Source of the DNA: a virus
Length of the DNA: 64,000 nt
Reading direction: 5' to 3' (one strand)
Virus record (IMG/VR): IMGVR_UViG_3300023242_000001
Span: 1 to 64,000 of that record
Part shown: one piece after another, positions 45,924-54,931 of the stretch
Numbering within the stretch: position 1 is the first letter of the stretch
How the letters are laid out: each line of letters starts with the position of its first letter
Notes under the pieces: model-generated
Told to the model about the DNA's origin: nothing
Seen by the model: only the letters and a program-made list of their open reading frames with translations
The model's database searches: none
Position numbers and translations under genes: made by a program

Positions 45924-48680
45924 TTATTGATCGAGTTGTTGCAGCGCCACGGCACTGACGGTGGCGTCGGCCACGGGTGTGATCTGAGTTTGCCAGGGGA
46001 TGTAGAACGGCGCCGCGCTGGCCTTTCTGGCTTCGATGGACAGCGGGACAATTTGATCTGTGGAGAACAGCACGGTGCCTCCCACCTCGGCCTGATTGGC
46101 CACCACCAAGCCGTCAGAGATGCGCTTGGCCACGACGCGCGAGCCTGCAACCAGCCCGCTGATCGACACCGTGCCGGTGTCGAGCGGGTACAGGTTGCCC
46201 ACCTGGGCGGCCAGCGTCGATGTCGTGTCGCAGCGCACGTATGTGATCAGGTTCGCGTTGTTCGCGGTCACGCAGGTGATGCGGAATTTGAGCTTGTAGC
46301 CCACGCTTGGCAGGATGGTCTCAGCAGAGAGGTTCGCGGCGTTGAGCGTCTGCCAAGCGCCGTAACCTGAGCCGGTGTCAAGCTGGTACTCGAACAGGTG
46401 GTTGCCTGTGTTGGTGCCGGTGATGGTGGGCGCGATGTTGGCAAAACCGGTGGTCTGGAGCCTGCTCTCCTGCATCTCGCAAATGAAGAAGTCGTCAACC
46501 GTGGCGAGCGACAAGCCACCAGCAGAGGTGAAGCCCGAACCTGCGGAGAACAGGCGACTGGTGAATTGCAGGGTCTCGGCGGTGGGCTCGTTCAGCGCCA
46601 GCCACATGCGCCCCGTGGTGTCGGAATCAAAGGCCCCGCCGAAGTGGGTGCCGTAGACCGAGGCTTGCCCGGCGACGCCGTTACGCCCGCCGCCGCCACG
46701 CACAAGACAGTTCAGCGCGGCCACGTTCATCAGGTCGGTGAAGTCGCCGTAAACGTCCTCCAGCAGAATGTTCTTGGACGAGTTGGTCAACAGGTGCGCG
46801 CCAGTGCGGGTCGGCTGCATGTAGCACCGCTGCACCTTCACATCGACGTTGTTGCCGCCGTCGGAGTAGATGCAGTTCGAGAAGTTGGCAGAGCCGCCGT
46901 CGAGGATCGCGTCACGCGCTCCCAGGTTGCGGATTTTGATGTTCGATGAGGCCGCGCAAGAGACCAAGCCGTTGTAGGGGTGCGCGTTGGCGATCGCGCC
47001 CTTGAACCCAAAGCTGGTGCCGTCAATCACAACCCCCACGCAACTGTTGCTGATGGTGAAGGTGAACAGGCCAGTGGTCGCGTTGGTCGCGCCGACATAA
47101 CGGTCGCAGTGGTCGTAGCGCAGGAAGTTGATGTTGAACGACGTGTTGATGTTGTTCGTTGCGTTCAGAGCGCCGCAATCAGCCACCGTGATGTCCGAGC
47201 TTTGGCTGATGGCAATGGCATATCTGGTTGCTGAGCGGGCATAGGTCCACACGCCGAAACGGCAAGCAGAAAAGGTTTGCCCGATGCAGAAATTGACGTT
47301 GACCTGACTGAGGGCGTTTGCAAACCCGGCCCCGATCCATGAGTAGATTTCACCACCCGAGAAACAGGAGGTCAGGGTGAGGTTGGCAGAGCTGAGGCCC
47401 GCGCTGGTGCCCGTGCCACCGTCGCTCAATTCCAATGGCGACGCGCACTCGGAAATCGCAATGCTGTCGTGGGTTGCAACGTGGCGCAGATACACCCCAA
47501 ACGGCTGGCTGAACGACAGGAACCAGTCGCCAAAGGTGAACTCCATGTCGATCACGCCTGCGTTCGTGGTCGTGAAGTCGGGTCGCGTGGCCAATGTTGG
47601 GTGCGGGATGGCGTTGGTCGCCCGCGCGCCGGTGGTGCATTGGCGCAGCAGCACGTTCGGGATTCTGATCTTGCGTGCCGCAGCAGGCACAAAGCCCACC
47701 GCTGTGGTGCCGTTGTGCCCGATGGTGATGGACGCATCGGTGTTCATCAGCACGACTTTGCTTCGGACATCTGTGCCGAAGTTGGTGGTGGTCATCCCAG
47801 CGGCGTAGAGGGCCGAGTAGAAGTCGTAAGACTCGATGTTGCAGTCGCCGCCCGCGCCCGAGCCGGGCAGGAACACCGTGAAGGCGTCAGCCGTCACCGA
47901 CCGAATGCGGTAGGTGTGGTGCTCCGTGTCCTGCGCGCCGCCAGTGGTGAAGTTCAGGTCTACCTCATTGCCGACCACAAACACATGTGCCGGGAAGGCC
48001 ACGGTCACGACCCCGGCGGCCCAGGTGTAGGTGGCTGCGCCGCCTGTGCCGTCTTGAATCCAGACACCAGGGCTGTACCCCGTCGTGCTGCCCATGTTCG
48101 GGATCAGCACGTTCTGGTTTGCCGAGCCCGTGGTGTTCGCCAGATAGAACCAGTCGCCGCGTGTCTTGAATCTGCCAAGCCTGGGGATGTTGAAGTTCGC
48201 CAACTGCTGCGCCACTACTTCGACCCAGCCGGTCACATCAGGGCTTGCAGCGGTGGCCCCGATGCCGGTGAGTGCGCCAGCGGTGAACGGGCCGCCTGTG
48301 ACTTCGCGGAACTTGAGGTAGCCGGTCGCAGGCATGGCAGCGCCCACCGCAGAGGGTGCGCCGTTGACGGTCGCCCAGACGCCAAGCAGGTAAGCGCTGA
48401 CAGCCCCTCTTGTGACTGTGGTGCCGATGGCGGGCACGTTGCCGCTACCACTTGTGTAAGGCATCCAGCGAACCGCTGTTGCGTCAACAAAAAACTCACC
48501 ACCCAGAGTGGACGATATTACTGAGTTGCCGCCCAAACACCCTGTCAGGGCGGCTGGTGCGTTTGCGTGCCAGCGTGTGTCTGTGCGGATCGTGAGCGAG
48601 CCGCCGTTTAGAGTCATGGTCTCGCCCGCTGTGCGGGCTATGCCGCCGTCGAGGAATTCCGGTGTGGTGATTACTGCCAT
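45924..48680 (-). CDS. Tail spike or receptor-binding protein, probably beta-helix
   Basis: 918 aa, Asn/Thr/Cys ladder-like central region. Confidence 0.65.
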   Translation of the reverse strand: MAVITTPEFLDGGIARTAGETMTLNGGSLTIRTDTRWHANAPAALTGCLGGNSVISSTLGGEFFVDATAVRWMPYTSGSGNVPAIGTTVTRGAVSAYLLGVWATVNGAPSAVGAAMPATGYLKFREVTGGPFTAGALTGIGATAASPDVTGWVEVVAQQLANFNIPRLGRFKTRGDWFYLANTTGSANQNVLIPNMGSTTGYSPGVWIQDGTGGAATYTWAAGVVTVAFPAHVFVVGNEVDLNFTTGGAQDTEHHTYRIRSVTADAFTVFLPGSGAGGDCNIESYDFYSALYAAGMTTTNFGTDVRSKVVLMNTDASITIGHNGTTAVGFVPAAARKIRIPNVLLRQCTTGARATNAIPHPTLATRPDFTTTNAGVIDMEFTFGDWFLSFSQPFGVYLRHVATHDSIAISECASPLELSDGGTGTSAGLSSANLTLTSCFSGGEIYSWIGAGFANALSQVNVNFCIGQTFSACRFGVWTYARSATRYAIAISQSSDITVADCGALNATNNINTSFNINFLRYDHCDRYVGATNATTGLFTFTISNSCVGVVIDGTSFGFKGAIANAHPYNGLVSCAASSNIKIRNLGARDAILDGGSANFSNCIYSDGGNNVDVKVQRCYMQPTRTGAHLLTNSSKNILLEDVYGDFTDLMNVAALNCLVRGGGGRNGVAGQASVYGTHFGGAFDSDTTGRMWLALNEPTAETLQFTSRLFSAGSGFTSAGGLSLATVDDFFICEMQESRLQTTGFANIAPTITGTNTGNHLFEYQLDTGSGYGAWQTLNAANLSAETILPSVGYKLKFRITCVTANNANLITYVRCDTTSTLAAQVGNLYPLDTGTVSISGLVAGSRVVAKRISDGLVVANQAEVGGTVLFSTDQIVPLSIEARKASAAPFYIPWQTQITPVADATVSAVALQQLDQ

Positions 48681-48681
48681 G

Positions 48682-49113
48682 TCAGATCACCGACTCGGTT
48701 ATCCCGGCAAGGGTGCCGTCGGGGTTGTACGCAAGGTCTGCGCGCTGTGTGAGCTGGCCCGGTGTGAGGCGGTCCACGCGGGTGAGCTGCTCGCCGGTGT
48801 AGGTCATGGTCTTGCTGCTGCCATCGGCGTAGGTGACGGCGGCGAGCTTGCCTGCGGCCCAGGTGAGCGTGCGGGTGGTGGGCGGTGTGGCGGTGCCTGA
48901 GCCGGTACCGGGTGGGCCAATGAGCACAGGCAGCAGTGCGGCGTCCAAAGCTTGGGGCTGGCGCAACACAAGGTTGATCGCCGGGCGCTCGGCGAGCAGG
49001 GTCACGTCGAGCGTGCCCTGCCCCGAAAAGGCCAGGGCCAGGGGTGGTGTCGCGGCGGCCAGCGACACAGCCAGCGCGGGCACCTGCACAAGGGTCAGGC
49101 GGAGCTCTGTCAC
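48682..49113 (-). CDS. Hypothetical tail-associated protein
   Basis: Coupled ORF with YD-like strands. Confidence 0.55.
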   Translation of the reverse strand: MTELRLTLVQVPALAVSLAAATPPLALAFSGQGTLDVTLLAERPAINLVLRQPQALDAALLPVLIGPPGTGSGTATPPTTRTLTWAAGKLAAVTYADGSSKTMTYTGEQLTRVDRLTPGQLTQRADLAYNPDGTLAGITESVI

Positions 49114-49430
49114 TGCGTCACGTCCTGAACAACGGGCACGCGCGCGGTTGTGGTGCTCATCACTTCGCCGTCTGACGTGCGGGTGAACCGCACATCGATC
49201 TCAAGCTCCCCGGGCGCCCACCCCGAGGTGTTGGCCACCCGCACCTTCAGGTTGCGGGTCGTGAGCGGGTTGAGCCACTCGCAGGTGGCCTCGGAAACGA
49301 GGGCGCCAGCCAAATTGCGCAGCTGCGACCTGACCACCCAGCCAACAAAGAAGCCATCCCCGTACTCAGGGGGGATGGCGAGGAGTCGGGAAAACGTGTC
49401 ACCGACTTTGTGGCCCGGTTTGAGGCTCAT
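49110..49430 (-). CDS. BppU-like Ig-fold tail protein
   Basis: GDTF..SQLR..W..DV.FT..ST.T...V..DVT. Confidence 0.55.
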   Translation of the reverse strand: MSLKPGHKVGDTFSRLLAIPPEYGDGFFVGWVVRSQLRNLAGALVSEATCEWLNPLTTRNLKVRVANTSGWAPGELEIDVRFTRTSDGEVMSTTTARVPVVQDVTQ

Positions 49431-50028
49431 GTCGTTCCTCTTCAGGGTTCAGTTGAGACGCCCCATACTGCCCAGGGCCCGCCTTGTTTGGGAATCCCCC
49501 GTTGATCAGCGCGCGGGCGTTGTCGAAGTCGCGCTCGCAGGAGAGCCCATGGGTACGGGCGTAGTCAGCAACTGCTGCCAGTTTTTCTGCTCGGTCAGAA
49601 GCGAGTCCAAGCACGTCGGCCAACAGACCGATGGCGTCAGGCCCTGGCGTGACTGCATACTGAGTGCCGGCATCTGGACAGGCTTCACGGGCGCGGGTGG
49701 CAGCGGCGCGCGCGGCGTCGCGCAGCCGGCCAGACTCCACACCAGCACGAGCAGCAGCAGCTGCATTCGCGTCAAGAAGGGCCTGGGTGGTGGTGGCATT
49801 TTCTGATTTGGCATTTTCAAGGTCCTTCTCGGTTTGGCGGTTGGATTGTTCTTGTGCAAGGGTTGCGGCGGCGGCGGCGGTGAGGCTCTGTTCGTAGGCC
49901 GCGGCGGCCCGGGCGTACGCGGCGCGCTCGTTGGCCAGGCTGATCTGGGTCCAGGCGGAGAAGACGGACAGCGCCACGATCGCAGCGGCGTAAACCCAGC
50001 TGGGCACGAGGTCGAAGATCCTGGTCAT
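49399..50028 (-). CDS. i-spanin (Rz-like)
   Basis: N-terminal TM, Ala-rich coiled coil, AD..R..GL.CER; follows endolysin. Confidence 0.8.
   Translation of the reverse strand: MTRIFDLVPSWVYAAAIVALSVFSAWTQISLANERAAYARAAAAYEQSLTAAAAATLAQEQSNRQTEKDLENAKSENATTTQALLDANAAAAARAGVESGRLRDAARAAATRAREACPDAGTQYAVTPGPDAIGLLADVLGLASDRAEKLAAVADYARTHGLSCERDFDNARALINGGFPNKAGPGQYGASQLNPEEERHEPQTGPQSR
49506..49814 (-). CDS. o-spanin (Rz1-like lipoprotein) embedded in the Rz gene
   Basis: LAGC lipobox, Pro-rich, alternate frame; start uncertain. Confidence 0.75.
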   Translation of the reverse strand: MPNQKMPPPPRPFLTRMQLLLLVLVWSLAGCATPRAPLPPAPVKPVQMPALSMQSRQGLTPSVCWPTCLDSLLTEQKNWQQLLTTPVPMGSPASATSTTPAR

Positions 50029-50669
50029 GCAAACACCTGCAGGTTCTGGTTCCACAGCGCGACGCGCTCAGGCAGGCCGTTCGTGCCGCCGTTGACCACA
50101 AGGCTCATGCGCTCGATGTCGCCGGCGTCGGCGATGGCGTTCAGGTCTTTGTCCGCCCAGAACCAGCCGGCGCTGAGCATGGCGTTCACGGGCAGCAGCA
50201 AGCGCTCGGGGTGGTTCACGAAGTCCTCGCCAATGGCTGCGCCGCACCGGCGGTGATTCGCCAGGCCCGTCAGCTGCTTGGCGCCCATGCCGCGGTGCCG
50301 CCACCCGTCGCCGGGCTTCACGTTGCCCAGGTTCTTCAGGCCCCATGGCCCACCGTAGATGGTATTGGCGATCGCCTGCTGGTCCGCGCGCTGGCCGGGC
50401 CGGCGACCGAACCGCTGCGCGTCTTCGACAGAGATGCGGTGGCGACCGAACCGCTTGATCAAAGCCTCGGTGCTGTAGCTGAGGTTCTCCTCAAGCTTGG
50501 AGAGGCCCTGCGACTCCACGCCGATCTGGGCGAGGAACCCGGCGATGCGGCGCGGCGACGTGATCGAGTAGGCCTTGCAGGTCCCCTGGATGAGGGGCAG
50601 AAAAAGCTCGGTATTCGCGCGGGTGGCGCCGGTTGCGCGCTGCACCTGGTCGGCGCTAAGTGGGATCAT
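50025..50669 (-). CDS. Endolysin, glycoside hydrolase family 19
   Basis: FLAQ..VES, EENL.YS, GDGW..RG.G..QLTG, SAGWFW, NGGTNG. Confidence 0.92.
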   Translation of the reverse strand: MIPLSADQVQRATGATRANTELFLPLIQGTCKAYSITSPRRIAGFLAQIGVESQGLSKLEENLSYSTEALIKRFGRHRISVEDAQRFGRRPGQRADQQAIANTIYGGPWGLKNLGNVKPGDGWRHRGMGAKQLTGLANHRRCGAAIGEDFVNHPERLLLPVNAMLSAGWFWADKDLNAIADAGDIERMSLVVNGGTNGLPERVALWNQNLQVFA

Positions 50670-50890
50670 TGTGGCTCCTTTGCTTGGACATCTTTGAAAT
50701 TTTTGTCATCCCAAGAAGCAAACCCGATGTACGCAGCCACGACAGCACCCGAAAAAGCGTAAAACGCGCCTGCCACCGCGCCCAACTGCTCGGACTCGGT
50801 GTAGAGCAGCAACACCGGGAAGGCCAGCCCTGCCAGCAGCGCCAGCCACGCCATGCGGCGGCGGTTTTTCCAGCGGTCCTTTTCGTTCAT
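50666..50890 (-). CDS. Holin (2 TM)
   Basis: RRRMAW plus two TMs, next to endolysin. Confidence 0.7.
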   Translation of the reverse strand: MNEKDRWKNRRRMAWLALLAGLAFPVLLLYTESEQLGAVAGAFYAFSGAVVAAYIGFASWDDKNFKDVQAKEPQ

Positions 50891-51357
50891 GGCAGCACCT
50901 CGAAAATGTTGGAATCTGCCGACACCCGCTTGGCGGGCAGGATCGCCAGCGTCGGCTGAATCGTCCATGTGGTCGTGATGACGTACCGGCCCGCGTCGAG
51001 CGATGGGCATTTGCCGTCTGTCCACCACTTGAGCGTCAGGCCACGCGGTAACTTTGAATCTGGTGTGTACTTTGCGGACCCGGTGGCCGTGCAGTAGACA
51101 ACCCAGCCCGAACCCACGGCCCCTGTTTCTTCCCAGGTTTTCACAGTCGCCACCCACGATCCATCGAAACTGCGATGGGTCGCCCGATCAACAAGCATCG
51201 GCACAGACTCACCCACGCGGGCCGGGCCAGCGTTGACCGAATGCACCTCGAACCAGAATGAGGCGGGCCACAGTTGCGCGGTGCCGTAAGCCAGCAGCCA
51301 CAGGGCCATCAGCACAAACAGTTTGGTGTTTTGCAGGGTTTTGGCTAGGGCTTTCAC
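50887..51357 (-). CDS. Membrane-anchored periplasmic protein of the lysis cassette
   Basis: GTG start, N-terminal TM, two Cys. Confidence 0.6.
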   Translation of the reverse strand: MKALAKTLQNTKLFVLMALWLLAYGTAQLWPASFWFEVHSVNAGPARVGESVPMLVDRATHRSFDGSWVATVKTWEETGAVGSGWVVYCTATGSAKYTPDSKLPRGLTLKWWTDGKCPSLDAGRYVITTTWTIQPTLAILPAKRVSADSNIFEVLP

Positions 51358-51596
51358 AGGCGCAACCAATTTCTGAGAGCGCCGGTCAACACACCCCAAC
51401 TCGCCACCGATGCAGCGATCAGGCCCAGCCCGGTGATGATCCATTTCGAGGCCCGGCCCAATGCGACCCAGCCGCGCCACGCTTGCGCCATCGCGTGCAA
51501 TGCGGCCTTGTCCTCGGCTGAAAAGTCAGGAGCTGCTTGCAAGTGTTGCTCCAGCCGGTTGAGCAACTGGTCGGCTTGAGGTTTGGTGTAGCTCAT
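51354..51596 (-). CDS. Small membrane protein (holin/antiholin-like)
   Basis: C-terminal TM, AAGGAG RBS. Confidence 0.55.
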   Translation of the reverse strand: MSYTKPQADQLLNRLEQHLQAAPDFSAEDKAALHAMAQAWRGWVALGRASKWIITGLGLIAASVASWGVLTGALRNWLRL

Positions 51597-52079
51597 TCAC
51601 TTCGCTCCTTTCGTCAGCAGGTCATCCAAGTCCTGCGGGCTCAGGCTTGCGGGATCTTTCATCTCCAGCGCGGCGGCGATTGACTCGCTGCAAAACCAGC
51701 GGTCTAGGCGCCCGCGCACGAACGCGGAAAGCGTCTTGATGAATGCGGCCACCCCGAGGTAGTCATAGGGCTCGCCTTCATGCTCAATGAACCACCAGCG
51801 CGCTCGCAGCTCGGCGGCGTAGTCGTACTGGGGCAGGGGCTTCACGTCCCAGCGGCCGCTGAAAATGTCGATCGACTTGAACCGCACACCGCCGTCTCGG
51901 GCGCTGCTGCTGGCGCATTCGGCCATGCCGTCTTTGATCTCAAACACCAGCTCGTTGTGGCTGTAGAGCGCGGGCAGATACGGCCACCAGCGGCGCGGTT
52001 TCAGGTGGCAGATCAGCCAGTGCGTAGTGCGGTGCAGCAGGCCGGTGGCGGGGCCTTTGTAGCTGGCGAGGTGCATCAT
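51597..52079 (-). CDS. Permuted papain-like (NlpC/P60, YiiX-like) enzyme
   Basis: SHNEL, GEPYD, WFCSE. Confidence 0.7.
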   Translation of the reverse strand: MMHLASYKGPATGLLHRTTHWLICHLKPRRWWPYLPALYSHNELVFEIKDGMAECASSSARDGGVRFKSIDIFSGRWDVKPLPQYDYAAELRARWWFIEHEGEPYDYLGVAAFIKTLSAFVRGRLDRWFCSESIAAALEMKDPASLSPQDLDDLLTKGAK

Positions 52080-52669
52080 GGAGCGGCCACCTCCGTCAGC
52101 ACAACCTCGGGCCGCACGATGACGGGCGGCGGCTGGGTCAGCACGATAGGCGCTGGCTGCGTGACGATGACAGGATCAGGCGCAGTCACAACAGTCGGCG
52201 CGGCAGTGGCGTCCCCGCTGTTCGCGCCGGAGTTGCCGCTGATGGTGGTGATAGCCCCCGGCGCCTGAATCTGCCCCGCAAGGCTCACAAAACCGGCAGT
52301 CGTTGCAATGCCGGTGCGCGCTGCGTTGTCGCTGCTGCGCATGGACACATCGGCATTTGCCCGGATGCCGTAAATCTGCGTCAGGCCGGGAACAAGCACG
52401 CTGGCCCATTGCAGCGCGGCGTTCGGTGCGGGTGCTGCGATCTGCTGCGTCGGGCTTGCGGCGCCCTGCCCCAATGCCAGCGCCATGACGGCCGCGACCC
52501 GTGCCGCGCTGTCACCGGCGGCTGCAATGTCGGCCATCGCTTTGTAGCGGGCGGCGTCGGCCTGCCCCTTTGCCACGGCAACAGCTTGCTGTGTCTGCGC
52601 GTATTGCGCGTAGTCGGCAGATGCGCATCCGGTCAGTGCGAGCGCGATTATGGCGAGCAAGGTTTTCAT
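52076..52669 (-). CDS. Lipoprotein
   Basis: LALTGC lipobox. Confidence 0.7.
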   Translation of the reverse strand: MKTLLAIIALALTGCASADYAQYAQTQQAVAVAKGQADAARYKAMADIAAAGDSAARVAAVMALALGQGAASPTQQIAAPAPNAALQWASVLVPGLTQIYGIRANADVSMRSSDNAARTGIATTAGFVSLAGQIQAPGAITTISGNSGANSGDATAAPTVVTAPDPVIVTQPAPIVLTQPPPVIVRPEVVLTEVAAP

Positions 52670-53106
52670 GCGAGGGGCCTTTCTTCGGTTGTGACAGGTG
52701 AGTCCAGAATCACAAGCGCCCGCCCAACAGCCAGCAAGCCAGCGGCTTCAAGCATCTGCACGCCTGCGCGGGTGTCAGGCCGGTCCAAGTCCACAAACGC
52801 CGCTGCGGCCAAGTCGGCCTGATTCGCCCGCAGTGCAGCCGCTTGGGCGCGCTCTGCCATCGGCGCTGCCGGGTTGTCCAGGCCCGCGATTTCAAGCGCC
52901 ACTTTTTCGGCGGTGGTGAATCGGTTTCGGAAAGCCAACCGGGTGATGCGTCGGCTGGGCAGCAGTGTCAGCGCACCATCGGCAAAGCTGTACTCACCCA
53001 AGCGCAGCACATCAAAGTCAGCAGGCGCGTCAATGAAAGTGTCCGGCCCGGTGTAGGCGTCGGTGGCGGTGCCTGCGATTCGGTTGTTTTGGATTAGGAG
53101 TTTCAT
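52666..53106 (-). CDS. Tail fibre-associated protein
   Basis: ITRLAFRNRFT..E..VDL..L..GR...IL. Confidence 0.6.
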   Translation of the reverse strand: MKLLIQNNRIAGTATDAYTGPDTFIDAPADFDVLRLGEYSFADGALTLLPSRRITRLAFRNRFTTAEKVALEIAGLDNPAAPMAERAQAAALRANQADLAAAAFVDLDRPDTRAGVQMLEAAGLLAVGRALVILDSPVTTEERPLA

Positions 53107-53115
53107 GGTTTGCCT

Positions 53116-54012
53116 TTAGATGTCGCAGCGCAGGGTGCCGACAAACCACGTCCAGCCGGGGCCGGTATTCGCAACCGAGAACGGCGTAACCATGGGCATT
53201 GCCACCGGGTAGGTAAGGCCGTTGGATGCCAACACGCCTGATGCAGCCGACTGAAACATCGACACAGCCGACCCCGCCCGACGGGTCGCAATGTTGACGC
53301 CAGCAGAGGTGCCGTTTACAGTGCTCAGGCCGACCACGATGTATGAGCCAGCTGCGTTTAGTCCGGCGATTGCGCCCAAGGTGCCAGCAGATAGCGCGTA
53401 CTGAGGCGCGGCGCGCATGGTGGTCAACGCGGTGGAAGATGCGGCAATAGCGGCGAGTGCTGTGTCGCTGTTAAATATCGACATCTTCGCTGTACTGGAT
53501 GCAGCCACCGCTGTCATGGCTGTGCTGGATGCAGCCACCGCAGTCATCGCCACGCTCGATGCAGCCACCGCTGCCATGGCTGTACTGGATGCAGCCACCG
53601 CTGTCATGGCTGTGCTGGATGCAGCCACCGCAGTCATCGCCACGCTCGATGCAGCCACCGCTGCCATGGCTGTGCTGGATGCAATCACCGCTGTCATCGC
53701 TGTGCTGGATGCAATCACTGCATTCATCGCCACGCTCGATGCAGCCACCGCTGTCATGGCTGTGCTGGATGCAATCACCGCTGTCATCGCTGTGCTGGAT
53801 GCAATCACTGCATTCATGGCCGTGCTGCTGGCGGCCACCGCTGTCATCGTCACATTGTTCGCCGTGATTCTTCGGACCTGCCCCGGAATCTCCAGCAGAA
53901 CCTGCAATTCTCCCCGGCGCGAATTGTTCACCAGCAGCGTTTGCAGTTGCGCACCTGTGATGGTGCCGTTTTCGAGCGCATTCAACATGCGCATTGCTGA
54001 AATCATTGCCAT
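53116..54012 (-). CDS. Tail-associated protein with 12 x 10-aa repeats
   Basis: MxAVxASS(T/V)A repeats. Confidence 0.75.
   Translation of the reverse strand: MAMISAMRMLNALENGTITGAQLQTLLVNNSRRGELQVLLEIPGQVRRITANNVTMTAVAASSTAMNAVIASSTAMTAVIASSTAMTAVAASSVAMNAVIASSTAMTAVIASSTAMAAVAASSVAMTAVAASSTAMTAVAASSTAMAAVAASSVAMTAVAASSTAMTAVAASSTAKMSIFNSDTALAAIAASSTALTTMRAAPQYALSAGTLGAIAGLNAAGSYIVVGLSTVNGTSAGVNIATRRAGSAVSMFQSAASGVLASNGLTYPVAMPMVTPFSVANTGPGWTWFVGTLRCDI
53488..53847 (-). repeat. 30-bp coding minisatellite, 12 units
   Basis: Directly visible, with 90-bp higher-order period. Confidence 0.92.
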
Positions 54013-54021
54013 TGGGTGTCC

Positions 54022-54930
54022 TTATATTTTGATGACGGTGACGGGCCAAGCGGCCCGAACGGCGGCGTTGGTAGTGGCTGCTGCCGCGCTGGCATTGGTG
54101 AGCATGATGGTCACCGTGTCGGCTGCGCTGACCCAAGCGTGATATGACAGACGCGCCGTGTCTGTTGCGGTGCTGCCCAATTGATCGGGCGGTGTAGCGA
54201 TCACCCGATCGCCAATGAACGCACCTGCGACGGCGCCGGTGAATGAGGCGCTGGAGAGTGCGCCAAGTGTGGCGATGGCGCATGTTGCGCTGCCGGTCAA
54301 TACTTTGGCGGCAAAGCTGCTGGCAAACCGCGCATCAAACTCCAGCTCATCGAACCGGGTCACCGTGTCATATGAATCAACAAGCTCCCAATTTGCGGCT
54401 TCCAGCAGCCAGCAGCCCGAAGCAGTTGCGAAACAGGTTTCGTCGTCGTCAATCTCGGTACTGCCTGCGGTCCAGACGAACAGGCCCAAGCCTTCGACAG
54501 TGATTTGATCGCCAGTGGCTGGGGTGAGGCTGCGTAGGCTGGCTCGGTTGTCGTAGGTGACGTATGCGGCGCCCGTTTTGATGACAGTCCAGCTTGCACT
54601 CACGCCGGGCGTGGCCGTGGTCACGTTTGCCAGCGTGGCGTTGAGCGCCCAAAACTGGCCCGCGTGCGCCACGCTGGCCGGCATGGCAAGGGCGCCTGTC
54701 AGAGCACTCCAGTTACCTTTGAAGTTTGCAGCTGGCAGAGCAACCGCAGCGGCGGCATTGGCAGAGGCAGCAGCAGCAACAGCGCTCACTTCCCGCGCAT
54801 CGACGTTTACCTCCAGCGCGTTGGCTTGCGTGGCAAAGAGGGGCAGCGCGCCCAGCAACGCATCGCCCTGCTCGGCAAATGTGGCCGGGTTGTTGCGCTG
54901 CGGCGGTTGGGGTAATGCGGTAATTGGCAT
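54022..54930 (-). CDS. Tail fibre-like protein
   Basis: ITALP..P..PATF..D; FKGNWS. Confidence 0.65.
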   Translation of the reverse strand: MPITALPQPPQRNNPATFAEQGDALLGALPLFATQANALEVNVDAREVSAVAAAASANAAAAVALPAANFKGNWSALTGALAMPASVAHAGQFWALNATLANVTTATPGVSASWTVIKTGAAYVTYDNRASLRSLTPATGDQITVEGLGLFVWTAGSTEIDDDETCFATASGCWLLEAANWELVDSYDTVTRFDELEFDARFASSFAAKVLTGSATCAIATLGALSSASFTGAVAGAFIGDRVIATPPDQLGSTATDTARLSYHAWVSAADTVTIMLTNASAAAATTNAAVRAAWPVTVIKI

Positions 54931-54931
54931 G

